Source: a virus
Taxonomy: Duplodnaviria > Caudoviricetes
IMG/VR virus record: IMGVR_UViG_3300048850_000019
Coordinates: 1 to 37,609 of that record
DNA length: 37,609 nucleotides
Direction: 5' to 3' (one strand)
Part shown: in pieces, positions 16,804 through 24,821 of the stretch
Numbering within the stretch: the stretch's first letter is position 1
How the letters are laid out: each line of letters opens with the position of its first letter
Translations under genes and position numbers: made by a program
The notes under the pieces: model-generated
Seen by the model: only the letters and a program-made list of their open reading frames with translations
What the model was told of the DNA's origin: nothing
Database searches by the model: none

Positions 16804-17217
16804 ATGGGATCGCCTCACTGGACGCCCGAAGAAACTGCGCTGATCGTCACGATGGCTGACGACGGGCTTAGCCGCGGTCAGATTGCGCGCAAGCTTGGTC
16901 GAAGCCGCAACTCTATCATCGGTCGGCTGCATCGTGCCCGTGCTAAGGAGAATTGTGACGAGTGGGGCGGCCCCTTGCCGGAAGCTCATGCGCGCCAAAT
17001 GCGCGTTGCCGAGTCCGTCGCCCGCACGGTGCAGAAGGCGAAGTGGTCGGCGTCGTTTCATCGGACCATTGCCGAGCGGAATGCAGCCGATCCCGAGGTT
17101 CTGCCGCCGCTGCGTTTAGACAACGGGCGCGTGATCGATCGCGCCGGCATCTCCATGCCCTTCGTCTCGATCCAATGGCCAGGCTACGAGATTATCCCTC
17201 AAGGCGAGGTGGCATGA
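16804..17217 (+). CDS. GcrA-like cell-cycle regulator (N-terminal HTH)
   Basis: HWTPEETALIVTMADDGLSRGQIARKLGRSRNSIIGRLHR. Confidence 0.8.
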   Translation: MGSPHWTPEETALIVTMADDGLSRGQIARKLGRSRNSIIGRLHRARAKENCDEWGGPLPEAHARQMRVAESVARTVQKAKWSASFHRTIAERNAADPEVLPPLRLDNGRVIDRAGISMPFVSIQWPGYEIIPQGEVA

Positions 17218-17696
17218 TCACCTCTCGCGATATTGCCGAACGCCTGGCGCTGATCCGCCTTGCCATCGCCACCATTTACCACGGCATGGTGCAGAATGAC
17301 CGCGAGCGTATCGCCGTTCTCGCCATGCTGGAAGAAGCGCAGGATCACGAGCTCCACAAGCTGCCCCGCGAGAACCGGGAGACGGCTCGCCGGTATGCGC
17401 ACAAGACGGCAGAGGTAATCCTGGCACCCTGCATTGACCAAGGCATGTCGTGCGCCAAGTTTGGCCTCGCCTTGTTCTACGCCATCGGGGAGCTGATCGA
17501 CGCCGGCCTGTACGACATCGAGAGCAACCCCGCTTTCGACAAGGCCATGTCGGCGATCATCAGCGAGGACGGCACGGTCACTGAGTTCGCCAACATTCCG
17601 CGCCTGGACAAGTCAGCGCAGAAGCACGCGCGTCGGATCGTCATCGCGCTCAACAGCCTTGGGTATTTCGTGAAGCGGAGGGAGCAGGCAGCGTGA
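17214..17696 (+). CDS. Hypothetical protein
   Basis: Start MITSRDI at 17214 (ATGA overlap). Confidence 0.7.
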   Translation: MITSRDIAERLALIRLAIATIYHGMVQNDRERIAVLAMLEEAQDHELHKLPRENRETARRYAHKTAEVILAPCIDQGMSCAKFGLALFYAIGELIDAGLYDIESNPAFDKAMSAIISEDGTVTEFANIPRLDKSAQKHARRIVIALNSLGYFVKRREQAA

Positions 17697-17851
17697 GCTA
17701 TCCCTACGTCTACTTCTGGAACCGCCTAGGCCGAAAAGGCCAGCGCTGCGCTCTCACTGCGAGAGGGAAGATGAACAGCATCCGCGTCGAGTTCGAGGAT
17801 GGTTTTGTCATGATCACGAGCGGCAATTCCATCCGGAAGGCGAAGCCATGA
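17693..17851 (+). CDS. Small hypothetical phage protein
   Basis: Own translation MSYPYVYFWNRLGRKGQRC...NSIRVEFEDGF..TSGNSIRK; coupled both ends. Confidence 0.65.
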   Translation: MSYPYVYFWNRLGRKGQRCALTARGKMNSIRVEFEDGFVMITSGNSIRKAKP

Positions 17852-18060
17852 ACGGCACCTCACGCCCCGCCTTCGCTGTGCCTGATCTGGCGGGGTGGAA
17901 GGAGCACGGCGGCGATAGCTGGCCGGATTGCCTGCCCGCCGATCTTATCGAGGTCGAGCGCCGCAACGGCTACGGCCATACGGACCACGCCTGCGGCTTC
18001 CAGTGGCTCAGCAGCGGCAGCCCCTACGACATCATCCGCTACAGAAAGGTGGCATCATGA
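17848..18060 (+). CDS. Hypothetical protein
   Basis: GWKEHGG..P..IEVERRNG..W..DIIRYR. Confidence 0.65.
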   Translation: MNGTSRPAFAVPDLAGWKEHGGDSWPDCLPADLIEVERRNGYGHTDHACGFQWLSSGSPYDIIRYRKVAS

Positions 18061-18230
18061 CCAGCCAAGAGCCATCCGAAGATATGGTGCGGCACGTCTC
18101 CAAGGCCGTGCAATCCGAGTGCAGCCGGTGGCCAGATCACCTTCCTCAGCAGCTCAACCCTGTTCTAGTTGAGGAAATCGCAAAGCGCTGCATTACGGCA
18201 GTTCGGTTCTACGAGGGGAGCAAGCGATGA
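18057..18230 (+). CDS. Hypothetical protein
   Basis: MTSQEPSEDMV, coupled both ends. Confidence 0.55.
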   Translation: MTSQEPSEDMVRHVSKAVQSECSRWPDHLPQQLNPVLVEEIAKRCITAVRFYEGSKR

Positions 18231-18796
18231 AGCCTTACCTCAGTGCCGACAAGTTCTGGTACGTGATCCGCACCAACATCAAGGGCGAAGACAAGGCCAT
18301 GCGCAACCTCAGCATGGCTGGGTACGAGGTCTATTACCCGCGCAAGCGCATCGAGATCAAACACAAGCGCACCAACGTTTACAGCGTCAAGGAACAGCCG
18401 CTGATGATGCGCTACCTGTTCGTAGCCCAACCTGAGCGAAACGCAGACTGGTATACTTTGCGCGCCTGTGAGGGTGTGGAAGGCGTGCTTGGCATCGACG
18501 GGCCGATGCGCGTGCCGTTTCGGGTCGTGAGCCAAATCTACGATGCCGAGTTCGATATGCAGTTCGATGATACCCGAGCCGCTCGCATCCACCGCAAGGA
18601 AGAGGCCAAGACCAAGAAGGAAACAACGGCGATGAAATTCCAGCCCGGCCTGCTTGTCCACGCCGGCCAAGGCCCCTTCGATCATTACGGACATGTGCAG
18701 GGCGTGACGAATAAGGGAACCGTCCAGGTCCTTTTCACCATGTTCGGTTCGATGATGACTGTGGAATTCCAGCCCGAGTATCTTGCGGTAGCCTGA
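18227..18796 (+). CDS. NusG-family transcription antitermination factor (lambda Q position)
   Basis: NGN: WYVIRT..EDKA..L..GYEVYYP..PLMMRYLFV..GVEGVLG; KOW: FQPGLLV..GPF..VQVLFTMFG. Confidence 0.9.
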   Translation: MKPYLSADKFWYVIRTNIKGEDKAMRNLSMAGYEVYYPRKRIEIKHKRTNVYSVKEQPLMMRYLFVAQPERNADWYTLRACEGVEGVLGIDGPMRVPFRVVSQIYDAEFDMQFDDTRAARIHRKEEAKTKKETTAMKFQPGLLVHAGQGPFDHYGHVQGVTNKGTVQVLFTMFGSMMTVEFQPEYLAVA

Positions 18797-18802
18797 TACC
18801 TC

Positions 18803-18831
18803 TTGAACTTTGCGGCTGGATGGGCCATTAT
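18803..18831 (+). promoter_or_regulatory. Putative late promoter (PR'-like)
   Basis: TTGAAC-N17-CATTAT just after NusG-like stop. Confidence 0.55.
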
Positions 18832-18988
18832 CCATCTCGGATGATTTGGTGTTCAGATGCGGACCTACATCTGTAGGGAATACTCGCCGGCCAAACCCAG
18901 CTTCCGCACCCTGCGTTGAGGCTCATGGATGTTTATCGCCATTTTCGCCAGCGCTGATAGCGCGGCAACAAGAATGCGAGGTCTCCAA

Positions 18989-19075
18989 GTGGGCGAGGTT
19001 CTGGGAGAGATCATTCTGGCTGCTATCGTTGTTGCGGTAGTATCAGATTGGGTCTTCATGGCGTTCGGGTACTAA
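18989..19075 (+). CDS. Small hydrophobic peptide (alternative in-frame ATG 18929)
   Basis: GEVLGEIILAAIVVAVVSDWVFMAFGY; GAGGT upstream of GTG. Confidence 0.4.
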   Translation: MGEVLGEIILAAIVVAVVSDWVFMAFGY

Positions 19076-19116
19076 CAATCCCGTGGAGCGTGTACGTATT
19101 GTATTCTGGTAAGATA

Positions 19117-19207
19117 ATGCGAGACCGAGTGTGCGGTGCTGCCCTGGGATAGCAGCGGCGTTCTCAACCGCACACGTTCAAGTGGCCCAGCAGGGTCTCG
19201 CATACCA
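19117..19207 (+). ncRNA. Putative structured RNA 1, closed by 10-bp stem followed by ACCA
   Basis: ATGCGAGACC/GGTCTCGCAT, GTGTGCGGT/ACCGCACAC, GCTGC/GCAGC, loop CTGGG complementary to CCCAG. Confidence 0.6.
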
Positions 19208-19208
19208 A

Positions 19209-19304
19209 TCAGGACGGCGGCGTTGCCGAGCGGACGAACCTCGATTGATCTGAGGACCCCGCGTCGAAAGCTGGTGGTTGCGTCCCAGCCCGTTCCTGAG
19301 CCCA
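19209..19304 (+). ncRNA. Putative cloverleaf-like RNA 2 ending GCCCA
   Basis: TCAGGACGG/CCG(T)TCCTGA closing stem with three internal arms. Confidence 0.5.
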
Positions 19305-19320
19305 TTTCGGAGCTTCCCCC

Positions 19321-19746
19321 ATGCACCTCACCATAGACCAAGAGCGCATGTCGGACTTCTTTCTGAAGCACCACATCCGCGGCCTGCCTCGTGATGTCGT
19401 GGTCCACGAGCTGGGCGCCGATCATGGCGACCCGCACGACCATCCCTTCGCGTTCAATAGCTTCGTGGCAGTTGGCGGCTACACGGAAGAAGTGTTCGAC
19501 ATCGCGACCGGCGAAAGCCGTTTCGTTCGCCACGACACCTTCGACAGCTTCCGCATTGAGGCGGGTCACGTTCACCGCGTGGTGCAGGTCGATCCCGAGA
19601 CGGTTACCTTCATCATGCCGCACGGTCACGAGCGCAAGTCCGGGTTCTACACCTGGCGCGACGGCCAAGCTTACCATCGCTTCCACGATCAGCCCGACTT
19701 CACGCCCATCAAGGCTGCAGGGCAGGACGAGAACAGGGCGGCATGA
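19321..19746 (+). CDS. Cupin-fold (His-ligated metal) protein
   Basis: PHDHPF..S..GGYTEE...HVHRV. Confidence 0.75.
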   Translation: MHLTIDQERMSDFFLKHHIRGLPRDVVVHELGADHGDPHDHPFAFNSFVAVGGYTEEVFDIATGESRFVRHDTFDSFRIEAGHVHRVVQVDPETVTFIMPHGHERKSGFYTWRDGQAYHRFHDQPDFTPIKAAGQDENRAA

Positions 19747-20114
19747 GCGGCCACCTGATCGTCATCGCAGGACCAGCAAACACCGGCAAGATGCCGTTGG
19801 CTCGCGACCTTATGGAGCGTAACCCCCAACTGGTCTGCGTCCACCGCGATACGATCAGAGACAGCTTGGTCGCCAAGGTAGACGAAGGGGTAATCACCCG
19901 CATCATGGGCGACACGGCCCGCCAGCTTATCCGCGCGGGCTACCCCGTCGTTGCCGTTGCATGGAACATGGAACAAGGCGATCGCCTCATGTGGGAGTGG
20001 ATCGCCGCCGATGCTGGTGTTCCTGTGCTCTGGCTGGATGTGCGGCATCCGAACGTGGAAGCAATGATCCCGCCGATGCCAGATGCAAACCACCAGTTGC
20101 ATAAAGCCGCATAA
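19743..20114 (+). CDS. P-loop kinase, polynucleotide-kinase (AAA_33)-like
   Basis: LIVIAGPANTGKM (Walker A variant), HRDTIRDSL (RDxxR). Confidence 0.7.
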   Translation: MSGHLIVIAGPANTGKMPLARDLMERNPQLVCVHRDTIRDSLVAKVDEGVITRIMGDTARQLIRAGYPVVAVAWNMEQGDRLMWEWIAADAGVPVLWLDVRHPNVEAMIPPMPDANHQLHKAA

Positions 20115-20156
20115 GGGTGACCTCATCCACGGGGTTTATACAACCGTGAGGCGAGA

Positions 20157-20489
20157 ATGCCGGTAAGACCACCGCTTCACCGCCCCTCAGGACAGCGCAC
20201 CAAGCGGGAAGCTAACCGCGATTACGACAAGAAGCGCACAACCGAACAGGCATGGCGCCGTTGGTATTGGACATCTGCGTGGCGCAAGATCGCAAAGGCG
20301 CAGCTTACTCAGCACCCACTATGTGCCGAATGCGAGAAGAAGGGCCGGGTAGTCGCAGCAACCCTTTGCGACCACGTAGAGCCGCATCGTGGTGATCCCG
20401 GTCTCTTCTGGCATGGCGAGCGACAAAGCCTCTGTGTGACCTGCCATTCCAGCGCCAAGCAGCGTGAGGAGGCCGTGGGGGTGGGGTGA
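20157..20489 (+). CDS. Terminase-associated HNH endonuclease
   Basis: HPLCAEC..ATLCDHVEPHRGD..QSLCVTCHS; directly before terS. Confidence 0.9.
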   Translation: MPVRPPLHRPSGQRTKREANRDYDKKRTTEQAWRRWYWTSAWRKIAKAQLTQHPLCAECEKKGRVVAATLCDHVEPHRGDPGLFWHGERQSLCVTCHSSAKQREEAVGVG

Positions 20490-20545
20490 AAACTCTGGAG
20501 CTCTCTCCATGAGCACCGGTGGCCAAATGAAAAACTTATGCGTGC
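20477..20545. other. Probable cos region
   Basis: Gap between HNH and terS with G-run, GAGCTC and CACCGGTG palindromes; position typical of HK97-like cos phages; exact cut unknown. Confidence 0.5.
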
Positions 20546-20561
20546 ATAATTGGAGGGTAAA

Positions 20562-21026
20562 ATGCCCGCTGGTCGCCCTCGCAAACCTACGCACCTGAAA
20601 GTGGTCTCTGGCACGGCGCAGAAATGCCGCCTCAACCCAGATGAACCGAACGCCACGAAGGGCACCCCGCAGGCTCCAAACTGGTTGAGCAAGCGCGCCA
20701 CGGAGCTGTTTTACGAGACATGCGCCTCGATGGAAGCGATGGGAACGCTGAGCCTGGAGTGGGGCAACGTCATCGCTGACTACGCCTCGTGCGTCGAGGA
20801 AGTCGAGATCACCACCGGCATCATCGAAGACATCGGCAGGACCTACACCACAACCACAGCGACAGGCGACACGATGTTCCGCCCGCGTCCCGAGGTCGCC
20901 ATGCGGTCGGACGCGATGAAGCGGGCACAGTCCTTGCGTGCTGAACTTGGACTCGGACCGGCGGCGAAATCACGGGTCGGTGCCTCCAAAAAGATCGAGG
21001 CAAACCCGTTCGCGGCCCTTGGCTGA
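20562..21026 (+). CDS. terS: Terminase small subunit (P27 family)
   Basis: MPAGRPRKPTHLKVVSGT..APNWLS..ELGLGPAAKSRV; GGAGGG RBS. Confidence 0.92.
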   Translation: MPAGRPRKPTHLKVVSGTAQKCRLNPDEPNATKGTPQAPNWLSKRATELFYETCASMEAMGTLSLEWGNVIADYASCVEEVEITTGIIEDIGRTYTTTTATGDTMFRPRPEVAMRSDAMKRAQSLRAELGLGPAAKSRVGASKKIEANPFAALG

Positions 21027-21045
21027 GAGCCGCACGGAATGATCC

Positions 21046-22725
21046 ATGAAGCATCCGCACGTCGAGAAGGCGAACCGCTACGCGCGTGACGTGGTTGCCG
21101 GCAAGATCATCGCTTGCAAATGGGTGCGTCTGGCGTGCCAGCGCCACCTAGACGAATTGGCAAAGCAGAAGGACAAGAGCTTCCCCTATCGGTTCGACCC
21201 GGCCAAGGCTGAGAAGGTCTGCCAGTTCATCGAGCTTCTGCCTCACTCGAAAGGCGAATGGGCGCGCAAAGCCGAGACGATCAAGCTGGAGCCGTGGCAG
21301 TGCTTCAAGACGGCTGCGATCTTCGGCTGGGTGCGCAAGCGTGACGGGCTGCGTCGCTTCCGGCGCGTGCTGATCCTGGAGCCGCGCAAGAACGCGAAGT
21401 CCACATGGGCGGCCGGCGTCGGGCTCTACATGCTCACGGCAGACGGGGAACACGGCGCAGAGGTTTATTCCGGGGCCACCACGGAACGACAAGCATGGGA
21501 GGTGTTCGGTCCGGCCCGCTTGATGGCGCAGCGAACGCCCGCTCTGCAGTCTGCCTTCGGCCTGTCGGTCAATGCGCAGAACCTGCACATTCTCGGCAAC
21601 GGGTCGAAGTTCGAGCCGGTGATCGGCAAGCCTGGTGACGGTTCGTCGCCGACATGCGCGATCATTGACGAATACCACGAGCACGACACTGACGTGCAGG
21701 TGGACACGATGGAAACGGGCATGGGCGCCCGCGAGCAGCCCTTGCTTTTGATCATCACCACGGCCGGCGACAATCTGGCAGGGCCGTGTTTCGCGGCCAT
21801 GGAAGACGCGCAGAAGGTTCTTGAAGGGCTGGTCGAGAACGACGAGCTGTTTGCTCTGATCTATACCGTCGATCCCGAGGACGATTGGACCTCTGAAGCG
21901 GCATTGCAAAAGGCCAATCCGAACCTGGACGTGTCGGTGAAGGGCGAGTTCCTTCGGGCGCGCCAGCGGGACGCGATCAACAACCCACGCAAGGTCGGCA
22001 TCTTCAAGACCAAGCACCTCAATCTGTGGGTTCAGGCGAGGGATGCTTACTTCAACATCCAGCGCTGGAACGAGAGCGCGGATCCGAGCCTGAAGATCGA
22101 AGACTTTGTCGGGCAACCGTGCCGCATCGGCGTGGACTTGGCATCCACCATCGACATCGCGGCGGTTGAGATCACGTTCAGACACGGCGATGGTTTCGCT
22201 CGCTTCGGTCGCTACTATCTGCCGGAAGCGACAATCGAGCAGGGCGAGAACGAACACTATCGGGGCTGGCAGAAAGCCGGGTGGATCACCCAGACCGATG
22301 GCGACATGATCGACTATGTGACGATCCGCGATGATCTGCTGAAGGTCGTGGCTGATTACCAAGTCGAGGAAGTCGCCTTCGACCCCCACCAGGCGATGAT
22401 GATGATGTCGGAGCTTTCGCAAGAAGGTGTGCCGACGATTGAGGTTCGTCCGCTGGTGCTGAACTTCTCGCCGGCAATGAAGCAGATGGACGGGCTGATC
22501 CGGTCGCGGAAGATCGCGCACAACGGCGATCCCGTTTTCACATGGATGCTGTCCAACGTGGTCGCGAAAGCCGACGCGAAAGACAACGTCTACCCCCGCA
22601 AGAACCGGCCTGAAAACAAGATTGACGGCCCGGTTGCGCACATGATGGCGCAGGCGCGGTGGTTGGCGGCTGAGGAGGTCGGAATGAACTGGTCTGACAT
22701 CTTCGCAAACGTCGTGAGCGCTTAA
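21046..22725 (+). CDS. terL: Terminase large subunit
   Basis: LEPWQ, PRKNAKS, IIDEYH, GVDLA, KIDGPVA. Confidence 0.97.
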   Translation: MKHPHVEKANRYARDVVAGKIIACKWVRLACQRHLDELAKQKDKSFPYRFDPAKAEKVCQFIELLPHSKGEWARKAETIKLEPWQCFKTAAIFGWVRKRDGLRRFRRVLILEPRKNAKSTWAAGVGLYMLTADGEHGAEVYSGATTERQAWEVFGPARLMAQRTPALQSAFGLSVNAQNLHILGNGSKFEPVIGKPGDGSSPTCAIIDEYHEHDTDVQVDTMETGMGAREQPLLLIITTAGDNLAGPCFAAMEDAQKVLEGLVENDELFALIYTVDPEDDWTSEAALQKANPNLDVSVKGEFLRARQRDAINNPRKVGIFKTKHLNLWVQARDAYFNIQRWNESADPSLKIEDFVGQPCRIGVDLASTIDIAAVEITFRHGDGFARFGRYYLPEATIEQGENEHYRGWQKAGWITQTDGDMIDYVTIRDDLLKVVADYQVEEVAFDPHQAMMMMSELSQEGVPTIEVRPLVLNFSPAMKQMDGLIRSRKIAHNGDPVFTWMLSNVVAKADAKDNVYPRKNRPENKIDGPVAHMMAQARWLAAEEVGMNWSDIFANVVSA

Positions 22726-23945
22726 TGGGGATTTGGGACCTGGGGCGCCGTCTTATGGGCAAGCGGCTCACGGCGCGCGATAGCCAGCTATACGAATACC
22801 TTGGCGGTGGCGAGACGTGGGCGGGCGAGCCTGTCACCACGCGCGGCGCGCTGAACCTGTCGGCGTTCTGGGCCGGCACGCGCATCACCGCTGAGACCGT
22901 TGCAAGCTTGTCGCTGGACGTGCTTGAGAAACGCTCGGACGGCGTGAAGGTGCGCGTCAGCGGTCACGAGCTCGAAGGCCTGCTTGATGAAAGCCCGAAT
23001 GCGGATCAGACCGCGATAGAGTTCTGGGAAGAGCGCGTCCTTGGGCTTTGCACTACGGGCAACGCCTTCGCTGAGAAGGCCTATGTCGGCAAGAAGCTCG
23101 TCGCCTTGAACTCGATGCCTGCTGACACTGCGGTTGTCCGCAACAACAGCGGCAATCTGGAATATCGCTTCCAGGATCGCGGTAAGGAAACCACCCTGCC
23201 AGCCGACAAGGTGTTTCACCTCAAGGCATTCGGTGAGGGCGATGTTGGCTTTTCTCCGGTGGAATATGCCCGGCAGACGCTCAGCTTGACGATCGCCACT
23301 GAGAAGATGGCAGGCCAGGCCTTCTCGAAGGGCCTTCGGTCCAAGGGCTTTTTCTCGATGCCGGCCGGTCAAAAACTTACACCAGAACAACGCGAGGATG
23401 CACGCAAGCGGTTCGTTGAGGCCAACAGCGGCGCAAATGCTCCGTGGGCGATGGTGCTGGAAGGTGGCATGGACTTCAAGGCGATCAGCCTTTCGATGCG
23501 TGACGCCGAAATGATCCTCAACCGCCGGTTCAACGTCGAGGACGTTTGCCGCTGGCTTGGCATCCCGCCCATCCTCGTCGGCCACGCGGCCGAAGGTCAA
23601 ACCATGTGGGGAACCGGCGTTTCTGCGATCATGCAGAACTGGCTCAACCTCAGCTTGCGCAACCGTCTGAAGCGGATTGAGCAGGCCATCGCCAAGCGGA
23701 TTATGACCCCCGAGGAGCGTCGTCGTTTCTCGGTGAAGTTCAACTACGAGGACCTGCTGCGCACCGACACCGAGGGCCGATACAAAGCCTATGAAGTCGC
23801 GATCCGCGCGGGCTTCAAGACCATCAACCAGGTGCGCCGCCTTGAGGGCGATGAGCCCGTTTCCGGCGGTGATGAAATCCGCACGCAGATGCAGAACGTG
23901 CCGATCGATCAGGCCGATGCGGCGGCACAGGAGAAACAGCCATGA
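22725..23945 (+). CDS. HK97-family portal protein
   Basis: PNADQT..FWE, GFSPV, VEDVCRWLGIPP, TINQVRRLEG. Confidence 0.95.
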   Translation: MGIWDLGRRLMGKRLTARDSQLYEYLGGGETWAGEPVTTRGALNLSAFWAGTRITAETVASLSLDVLEKRSDGVKVRVSGHELEGLLDESPNADQTAIEFWEERVLGLCTTGNAFAEKAYVGKKLVALNSMPADTAVVRNNSGNLEYRFQDRGKETTLPADKVFHLKAFGEGDVGFSPVEYARQTLSLTIATEKMAGQAFSKGLRSKGFFSMPAGQKLTPEQREDARKRFVEANSGANAPWAMVLEGGMDFKAISLSMRDAEMILNRRFNVEDVCRWLGIPPILVGHAAEGQTMWGTGVSAIMQNWLNLSLRNRLKRIEQAIAKRIMTPEERRRFSVKFNYEDLLRTDTEGRYKAYEVAIRAGFKTINQVRRLEGDEPVSGGDEIRTQMQNVPIDQADAAAQEKQP

Positions 23946-24805
23946 GCCTTCGCCCGCTTCCAGACCTTCGTGCGCCGGAGGCCGTTCGGTGTTCAACCGT
24001 GCTTTCCGATCGTGCTGTCAAGGCATGGTCTCCGATTGAACCTCCGAAGGCCTTTGCCGCCGATGGCTCTGACGTGATCAGCATTCTTGATCCCATCGGC
24101 TACGACTTCTGGACCGATGAAGGCGTGACAGCCAAGCGCATCGGCGCCGCGCTGCGCAACATCGGTGCCAAACCAGTCACGGTTCAGATCAACAGCCCAG
24201 GCGGCGACTTCTTTGAGGGCGTCACCATCTACAATCAGCTGCGCCAGCATCCCGCGAAGGTTACGGTTCAGATCCTTGGCATCGCCGCGTCGGCCGCTTC
24301 CGTCATTGCAATGGCCGGCGACGAGATCCAGATCGCGAAGCTCGGCTTCATGATGATCCACAACACGCAGTGGGTGGCATCAGGCGATCGTCACGCCATG
24401 AAAGAAACCCACGACATCATGGCCGTCTTTGACCAGGCGGCTGCCGAGCTTTACGCCGAGCGCGCCGAGGAAGATGTCGCCGCGATCGCCGCGATGCTGG
24501 ATGCCGAAACATGGCTTGCGGGCACCGCTGCGGTTGAGCGCGGCTTCGCAGATGCCGTGATCGATTTTGAAGCGACCGAGGCCGGCGCGCGCAATGAAGC
24601 GCCCGCCCTCTACCGACTTGAAGCTGCGTTGACTGCCGGCCGGCCTCTGCCGCGTTCCGAGCGCCGCAAGCTGATGAAAGAACTCTCCGAGGGCAAGCCG
24701 GGCGCTGCTTTCGGAACTGCCATGCCGGGCGCTGGCGAAGCCGCTGTCGAGGACAGCACTCCCCTGACACTCGCACTGGCGCGATTGAAACTCGCGCGGG
24801 CGTAA
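23942..24805 (+). CDS. ClpP-like head maturation protease
   Basis: INSPGGD, IAASAASVIAMAGD, MMIHN, AETWL..AVERGFAD. Confidence 0.95.
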   Translation: MSLRPLPDLRAPEAVRCSTVLSDRAVKAWSPIEPPKAFAADGSDVISILDPIGYDFWTDEGVTAKRIGAALRNIGAKPVTVQINSPGGDFFEGVTIYNQLRQHPAKVTVQILGIAASAASVIAMAGDEIQIAKLGFMMIHNTQWVASGDRHAMKETHDIMAVFDQAAAELYAERAEEDVAAIAAMLDAETWLAGTAAVERGFADAVIDFEATEAGARNEAPALYRLEAALTAGRPLPRSERRKLMKELSEGKPGAAFGTAMPGAGEAAVEDSTPLTLALARLKLARA

Positions 24806-24821
24806 GCACGGAAACATCATC

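Noticed and set aside
19249-19292. Hammerhead ribozyme (CTGAGGA...GAAA)
   Set aside because: Stem II cannot form after a full CUGANGA, and stem III is followed by CC rather than the required UH
19117-19304. Canonical tRNA genes
   Set aside because: No proper D-arm, 7-nt anticodon loop or intact TTCRANY arm; reported only as tRNA-like
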